DNA from: Emiliania huxleyi CCMP1516
Lineage: Eukaryota
DNA: 64,000 nucleotides
Direction: 5' to 3'
Assembly (NCBI RefSeq): GCF_000372725.1
Contig: NW_005201493.1
Span: 138,830-202,829 of the forward strand
Below, piece by piece: positions 56,900 to 64,000 of this stretch. Both the position numbers and the translations under genes were made by a program. Position 1 is the stretch's first letter. Each line of letters starts with the position of its first letter. Under the pieces are notes generated by a model. It worked only from the letters and a program-made list of their open reading frames with translations, did not search any database and was not told the origin of the DNA.

Positions 56900-57743
56900 G
56901 AACAGCTGACGCAGTCTCGAGGCATTCTGGGGAATGCTTCTCTGCCGCCGCAGCGGGCGCTGCCGCCGCCGGCGCGCCGCCCAATGCCGCCGACCCTGCC
57001 GCCACCGCCGCCGCGCTCGACGCCACGGACGAGTCGAGCGGCTTGCCCAGCGCCACCGCCCCTGCGGCCGCAGCGGGCGGCGCACCTCCGGCGGCAGCGC
57101 CCGCTGCGGCGGCAGGGGCGGCGGCGTTGGGCGAGCTGCTCTGCACAATGCCATCGGCATTGCCCGCTGCGGCGGCAGGGGCGGCGGCGCTGGGCGGCGT
57201 GCCGCCGGCGGCAACGCCCGCTGCGGCGGCCTCGGCCGACTGTGCGTGGGACGTCGCTGGCGAACGAGCGTTTGCCACGCCGGAGCGACTCGCATGCACA
57301 ATGTGAAAGATGCGGCCCGAGATCTCGGCTTCTGGGATACCAATCCAACCGTACCTTGTGGACCAGTTTCCCGCTTTATAAGCCGACTCTTGGAAGTTTG
57401 CCTTGAGTTGCTGCCTGCATCCGCTGCTGGCGGCGCCGCAGACAGCTCGCCAGTTTGCGTCGGCACTGCAGGAAAAGTTGATCTCTATGAGCGAGTGCCG
57501 ATCGCACTGGTTGCCTGGTTTGCAAAAACGGCAGGTTGCGCGTCCTTCCAAGTAGTTGACGCCGCACCTCGCACACTGAACAGCGCTGGCGGAGGCGACC
57601 GCTCGCCGCTGGAGCACCACTGTCTCTCTCTGTCTTGTCAACGTCATCCACCACAAGCAACTCAGAGGGCTGCACGATGTATCGCGCAACGAGCCGACGC
57701 GCCCGGCTGTGGTAAAACGCAAAAGAAAGGGAAGCGGGGCCAC
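56900..57743 (-). CDS. Hypothetical Cys-rich protein with Ala/Pro-rich tail
   Basis: CARC...CRFC....C..H pattern in a 329-aa ORF divergent from the SANTA gene. Confidence 0.3.
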
Positions 57744-57838
57744 GGACTGGAATTGTGCGATGGAGATGGAAGGCTACCGGGTACCACCGAAGCGAAAGAA
57801 AATTCCTTGTGATCTGACCCTTTGTCGGCGCGAGCGTA

Positions 57839-60358
57839 TATGCTCGGAGAGGCAAAGTATGCTGTCGCTGCGTTGCAGCGCACACTTAAGCGCGATGCTG
57901 ACATTTCACAGGCTTCTCTCGATTGCTTGCGACACAGACTCGACGCAGTGGCGCGTGCACGCGCGCATTTGCCCTCCGCATCGGACAGCGGTGGCGGCGG
58001 CTCGCATTGCGCACATGAAGAGGATGATTGGAGCGGCAACGCTGGCAGCGAGCACGCTGGCAGCCCAAAGGACACCGCCCATCCGAGAGATTGGAGCACA
58101 CTGCCCATCCGAGAGATCAGGAACTGGCATCCAGTGATTGACGAGGTTGACGGAGAGCTGCGGGCGTGCGTCCAAGGAGACTGCGACGGTGTTCTCTGGC
58201 GCAGCGGGCCAATCATCTCGCGGGCAGACGACAACCGGCTCGTGTGCGAGAAGGGTGGTGGGAGAGAGGTTTACATCCTAGTTGGCAGCCTCAATTTCGG
58301 TGCACGCCAACGGCTCGCCTTCCTCAGTCACACCGCTTTATCTCACTTCAGCGATGGCTTTCCCAGCAACTGGAAAGAGCGTCTAATTGTGGGAAACGTC
58401 AACCACCGGCGACCAATACTCTTTCCAGACGGCGAGTCGACCATCTGTCGTGAAGACATAGACGAGCTCGATCACCATCCAAGGGCAAACATACCCGGCG
58501 CCGCAGCTGGCCCCGCCCTGGACCTCCTCCAGCGCGTCCAGGTTGTGCCGTACTCCGTCCTAGGGGAGCAGCTCGTGCGCGGCGAGGGCGTCGTGGACCG
58601 GGCTGGCCCTCCCGACGCCGGCGTTGTGTTTTGCGACCCGGCCGGGCTGCCCTTCATCCAGCGCACCGGCCCTGGCGGCGCGGGCGGCGCGTCGGGAGCC
58701 ATCTACGACTTTCTCGGCATCCGCGACGACGACGCCTTCCCGGAGCCGGTGCGCGAGGCTGTGACGGCGGTCGGCCTCGCAAAGCACCACGCGTACCCAC
58801 AGGAGGAGGGAGGACCCCTCCACTGCATCCACACCGTCGGTCCGAACTTCAACTGCCGGTGCGCCGCCCCTCCCGCCGTCTCGCCGCGCCGCCGGCCGCG
58901 CGGGCCGCGCCTCACCGGCCGCGCGCCGCCCGGCCGCCGCCTCGTCCAGGCGCGATGACGGCAGCCAGCACTCTCGCGAGGAGGCGCAGAAGGAGCTCGC
59001 CGCGGCGTACAAGAACGTGCTCTGCGAGTTCCACGCGGCGGCGAGCGGCGAGGGCGGCCCGACACAGCTGAGGCTGCTGCCCATCTCCGGCGGCATCTTT
59101 GCCGGCCCCTTTGCCGACGAGATTGCGCCGCTGACGATGGACGCGCTCGGCGCGGCGGCGGCGGAGCTGCCTCGAGAGGTGCCTCCAGAGGCGGGGAACA
59201 CGAGGAGGGAGCTCCGCGCTAAACCCCCCCCTTCCCGCACAGGTGAGCGCCCATATCCTCGCGCCTGCCAGCCCGCCGCTGCTCCTCTGCGTCTTTCTGC
59301 GCGACGAGCTCGACGCCTTCGAGCGGGCGCACAGGATCGCCACGGGCGAGGAGGCGCCGCTGCCCGACGCGTCCGCATCCACCGAAGCGCCCGCCGAAGC
59401 GGCTGCTGAAGCGCCCGCCGAAGCGGCTGCTGAAGCGCCCGCCGAGGCGCCTGCCGAGGCGCCCGCCGAGGCGCCCGCCGACGCCGCACCGCCCGATGCC
59501 GACGCCGACGCCGCACCGCCCGACGCTGCACCGCCCGATGCCGCTGATGACGACAGTGAGGACCCGTTTGGCTTACATGAATTGTTCGCCGAGCAATCGC
59601 CCGCAGCTGCGCCAGCGCCCGCCGCCGCTCCCGCCCCCGCGGCTCCCGCACCGGCCGCGGCCCCCGCACCGGCGGGCACCGAGGTTGACGATGTCACAGT
59701 GATTCCGGCGGCGGCGCCGGCTCCGCCTGCGGCGATCGAAATCGGCAGCCGCGCGCTCTACCGCAGCCAGGTGGTGACCGTGACGGGAATCCACTGGGAC
59801 GACGAAGGGGACTACTACACCGTCAAGCTCCCGTCGGGCGAGCTGCGCGACGTCGACGGGCCGCTGCACCCGCTTCTCCCCCACCCCGCAGCCCCTGCAC
59901 CCGCGGTGGGAGCGCAGCAACCGGCGCAGCAGCCGCCGCAGCAGCCGCCGCAGCAGCCGCCGGTCGGGGTGGCCCCGTTGCCCTGGCCACCTCCGCCCCC
60001 GCCACCTCCGCCCATGCAACCGCCAACCCGCCGGCGGCCATTTAGCAGCCAGCTTCCGAGTGTGGCTAGGCTGGGGATCTTTGCCTCAAGGGGTCCAGCC
60101 CGCCTCTCAATAGAAGGAGGAGCAGCTGTATCTGGTCCTGCATTGCGCCCGCGGTGCTGCAGCTTTTGCCACATCTCGGATGGGCAGGTGCTGGCTTGCT
60201 CCAAAGATGGCTGCAAGAAGGGTGTTCACCAGGAATGTTACCACACAGCCATGAGCAAGCCACCCTGCCCGCTCCCCAACCCCTCTGCCAAAAAAGCCCG
60301 AAGAAGTGCTCCTCTCTGTGCTACACACCTCGATCAGTTGGTGCCACAAGTGTACTAA
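57839..60358 (+). CDS. SANTA + Macro + Tudor/SH3-like + PHD-finger fusion protein; introns ~58859-58950 and ~59179-59242
   Basis: IRNW...VQG....WRSGPIISR...YILVGSLN...FSDGFPSNW (SANTA); DPAG...GAGGASGAIY, HTVGPNF, LLPISGGIF (Macro); CSFC...LACSKDGCKKGVHQEC...LCATH (PHD). Confidence 0.7.
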
Positions 60359-60469
60359 GGTTTCTATATATGCAAGAGAGTATTCTAAGGCTCAAGTCTC
60401 ACACATCCCTCGTCTTGTACCAAAAAGCAGGAAAGAGACCTAGTGTACGACTAAGAAACAAACACACGA

Positions 60470-63400
60470 GCCTCTCTCCCAGTCCCTCAGGCCTTCTGGC
60501 ATCCCTTTGCGGTGCGCATTCTCAATCTGCTGCAGCGCGGGTTTGCAGTCGCATAGCACTAAGCACCGCCGCGCTTGCGCGTCGCTCGCGCTCGCCATTT
60601 TGCGTAAGTATGCGAGTATCGCGTACATCTCCGCGTCTATCGGCTCCCACATGTTCGGCAGCTTTCCTCCCCACATTCCCGCCCCAAACGCTATCCGTAT
60701 CTCCCCTTCTTCACAGGGTCCGATTCCGTTGGGATCCTTTACCTGTGCGTCTCCCGGGACGCTCTTTCCGAATCGTGTCGGTCCTTCGAACACGCCGTAC
60801 GCCACCCTAGGGTTCGGCACGTACTTTCCATCCTCCGCCCTTTTGTCTTCATGGTCCTTTCCTCCGTCCGTCGCCGCAAAGTGTGTGAACTGGTGTGAGA
60901 CGTGCAGCGCGAGGCATGTCTGCGCTACTTTCACGTTCAAGGCTCGTCCCTTCCCCGACCGCAGCGGCTCGCTGTCTTTTCCCATCTTAATTCGCTTCCC
61001 GTTGCCGTCCGTCAGCTCTCCCCCCGTCTCAAATTCGTCGTATCGGAGCAGGAAGCGCGTTAGGGGGTCCTCCTGTAGCTCCCCTACTCTGATCGCGCTC
61101 GCCCCGTGTCCGTGCCCCACGAACAGCTCGTAGTCTTCTTTCTTCCAGTTTATGTGTCTCTGGGGCGCCCCCTCTGGGAACAACGTCTCATCCGCCCCGA
61201 GGCTCCCCTCCTGTCGCTCCCTCTCCTGTCTCTCCATCATCTTTCTCACCGCGTCCTTCGTGATCTTATTTTGCTCGGGTATCTCCTCCTCCCATGTCGC
61301 GTTGGTATCGAGGCCCGGGGTCCCCTCCAGCTTTATCACTCGATTGTCCCCGTCCTCTCTCGACCCCAGTTGCGTGCCGCTGTCTTGCGCCGGTTTCTTC
61401 CCCCCGAGGTAGAGCGTCCTGGCCTTCCCCTCCACTCGGATGTCCGTCCTGGTTCGCCCTTCTTCGAACGTGTGTTCTGTCATGTTGGGTGCGCTTGTGC
61501 ACACCCCGTTAACCTCCCTGCTGTATTCAATGAATCGATCGAGCACGTCGCTCCACGACGGAGCATTACTCTCTCCATCGCACGTCTCTAGTGCTCTGTC
61601 CGCTTGCGCTGCCTCCGGCCCCGATCTACCTAGTCTTCTGCGGTGTTCTAGCCACTCTCGGAAGGACGCCGCTTGCCGTCTCGCGCCTTGCGCGTGCATT
61701 AGCTCCCGCTCCCATGTGTGGGGCATCTTATCGTGCCACACCCAGCTGTCGCTCTGCTCGCCTTCCCATTCGCAGAGGTACTCCCATCCGTGTTCGTCCT
61801 CCTCCGTGCCTCCCCCGTAGCAGGTCGGCGCCTTCCTTGCCGCCTTCACCTTCCGCACCCTATCGGGCGCCCTCCGTTCCGTCTTCTGTCCGTGTGCGCG
61901 CTCTTCTATGGCCGCCCACTTCCAGTATTGTCGCAGCTGCGCCCACTCTGGTCGCTCCAGCTGCTCCGCCAGCCTCTTGTATTCGCTATGTTCCGTCGTG
62001 TTGTCTTTGAGGCCATAGACTCGCTTCATTTGCGGCCACGTCAACACTTCCCCGGTGCCCCATTCTGACACGTCCGACCATGTCGCTATCCCGTGCTTGG
62101 CTAGGTTACGTGCAAAGTCACACGCGAGGCCTTGGTTATTCCAGCCATGACTCCTTGTCTCAAAGAGGAGCGGGCCCAGTACTCTCTTTCGGCTCTCGGT
62201 CGTTCTCCACGCCTCGGGTCTGAGCGGCCCCTTCGTGCTCTCTTCCCACCCCGCTGTCGTGACCGTCTCCACCCCACACCTCCATTTTGCCTTTAGATAT
62301 GCTTCGATCATTAGTTCGTCCGAGAGCTCCCTTTCCCAGTCCCAGCTCGGCTTCCACTCCAGCGGGTTGTCACTTCGGCATCCCAGCCTCCTCAACGTGT
62401 GCGCTAGGCTGCTCTCCACGGCCACCCTCGCTGGTTCCCCTTCCACCGCGCTGAGGGCCCGGTCCACTTGATCGATCAGCGCCGCCGCTGCGTACGTGTA
62501 CGCGTGTTCCATTCCCATCCCTCCTCTCTCCTTCACATCGTAAATTTGTAGTCGCGGGATTCCTACCGAGTACCCTTTTGCGTTTAGGGCGCTCGCCCTC
62601 ACTTGTTCGATGCTCTGGCAGTNNNNNNNNNNNNNNNNNNNNNNNNNNNNNNNNNNNNNNNNNNNNNNNNNNNNNNNNNNNNNNNNNNNNNNNNNNNNNN
62701 NNNNNNNNNNNNNNNNNNNNNNNNNNNNNNNNNNNNNNNNNNNNNNNNNNNNNNNNNNNNNNNNNNNNNNNNNNNNNNNNNNNNNNNNNNNNNNNNNNNN
62801 NNNNNNNNNNNNNNNNNNNNNNNNNNNNNNNNNNNNNNNNNNNNNNNNNNNNNNNNNNNNNNNNNNNNNNNNNNNNNNNNNNNNNNNNNNNNNNNNNNNN
62901 NNNNNNNNNNNNNNNNNNNNNNNNNNNNNNNNNNNNNNNNNNNNNNNNNNNNNNNNNNNNNNNNNNNNNNNNNNNNNNNNNNNNNNNNNNNNNNNNNNNN
63001 NNNNNNNNNNNNNNNNNNNNNNNNNNNNNNNNNNNNNNNNNNNNNNNNNNNNNNNNNNNNNNNNNNNNNNNNNNNNNNNNNNNNNNNNNNNNNNNNNNNN
63101 NNNNNNNNNNNNNNNNNNNNNNNNNNNNNNNNNNNNNNNNNNNNNNNNNNNNNNNNNNNNNNNNNNNNNNNNNNNNNNNNNNNNNNNNNNNNNNNNNNNN
63201 NNNNNNNNNNNNNNNNNNNNNNNNNNNNNNNNNNNNNNNNNNNNNNNNNNNNNNNNNNNNNNNNNNNNNNGCCCTCGCCGTTTGCCCACCCGGTCCTTAG
63301 CTCCGTTCCGAGGTATTTGTATCTCTCGTCTCCCTTCAGCTGTGGTATCGGCATGCCATCCGGCATCCTCATTTCGTAGCCCTCGACATCCCGCTCTTCG

Positions 63401-63680
63401 TTGTTCTCCCAGTACGTCGCTGACCATGCCGATTTCTTCTTCTTTTTGACCTGGAGGCTGTTGCCACAGATCTTTGTCACTAACCATGCGCACTCTAGCG
63501 CTAGCTGCATCGTGGCTATGTCGTTGCTGAGGAACAGGCCGTCGTCGGCGTACACTAGCTGCGGCACGCTCTCACCCGCCGCTGTGAAATCAAATCCTCT
63601 ACACAGCTTACTGACTGTTCGCTGCATCACGGCCAGCATGAGCTTGCTACGTGCGGGCGAAAGGAGGCACCCTCCACCTC
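60470..63680 (-). mobile_element. Non-LTR retrotransposon (LINE) ORF2 fragment: RT C-terminus, chromodomain-like motif, RNase H; truncated at both ends, gap inside
   Basis: GCLLSP, YADD and YKYLG RT motifs; ATDGG...AEMYAI...LCDCKPAL RNase H; WEYLCEWEG....SW chromo-like motif. Confidence 0.88.
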
Positions 63681-64000
63681 GAGAACGTGCAGCTGTTGTG
63701 TCACCGCGGTTTCTCTCCGCCACGGTATCGTTGCGGATGCCAAGCCGGCTCGCCTCTCGACGAGAGGCCAAGGCCATGGTCCGCCTATCGACGCTCCTAC
63801 TCGCGGCGCTGGCGCTGCCGCAGTCGTCTTTCGCGGCCGATCGCCACTCCGCAGCGCCGCGGCTGACTCGAGGCCGCAGAGGCAGCGCACCCGAGACTTC
63901 GCGCCCGCTGCTGGCGGCGACGACGCCAAAGCCCGTTGGCAGCAGCGTCACCATGACGGTCGTTCAGATTGTCAACAACGTCGCGGGCGCCGGCATCCTG

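Overview
Very GC-rich eukaryotic DNA with four N-gaps (1424-1523, 29829-29928, 31292-31391, 62623-63270). GC/GA-donor introns filled with 10-11 bp minisatellites, TTAGGG repeats and expanded AP2, ankyrin, RCC1 and NHL families point to a haptophyte such as Emiliania/Gephyrocapsa huxleyi (inference). Conserved-family genes, mostly spliced: a CCR4/nocturnin-like EEP phosphatase, an Orai-like channel, an IGPS-like protein, a truncated DNAAF5/HEATR2, a tandem ArsA/GET3 ATPase, an EGF-exostosin-like glycosyltransferase, a DEAD-box helicase, and GT1 and GT2-like transferases. These are mixed with intronless, often broken repeat-protein and ubiquitin-adaptor genes (Kelch, Ank-RING, F-box-RCC1, two NHL-BTB, two AP2). 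The window also has a PKS ER-KR fragment, TIR elements, several dispersed repeats, a SANTA-Macro-PHD fusion gene and a LINE with a chromodomain-like motif. The strongest unexplained signal: about a dozen introns are bounded by 7-29 bp direct duplications of the adjacent exon edge that supply one splice site, and three introns are largely copies of one SINE-like element. Both patterns suggest an active intron-generating process. All domain calls are by eye from motifs; no searches were run.
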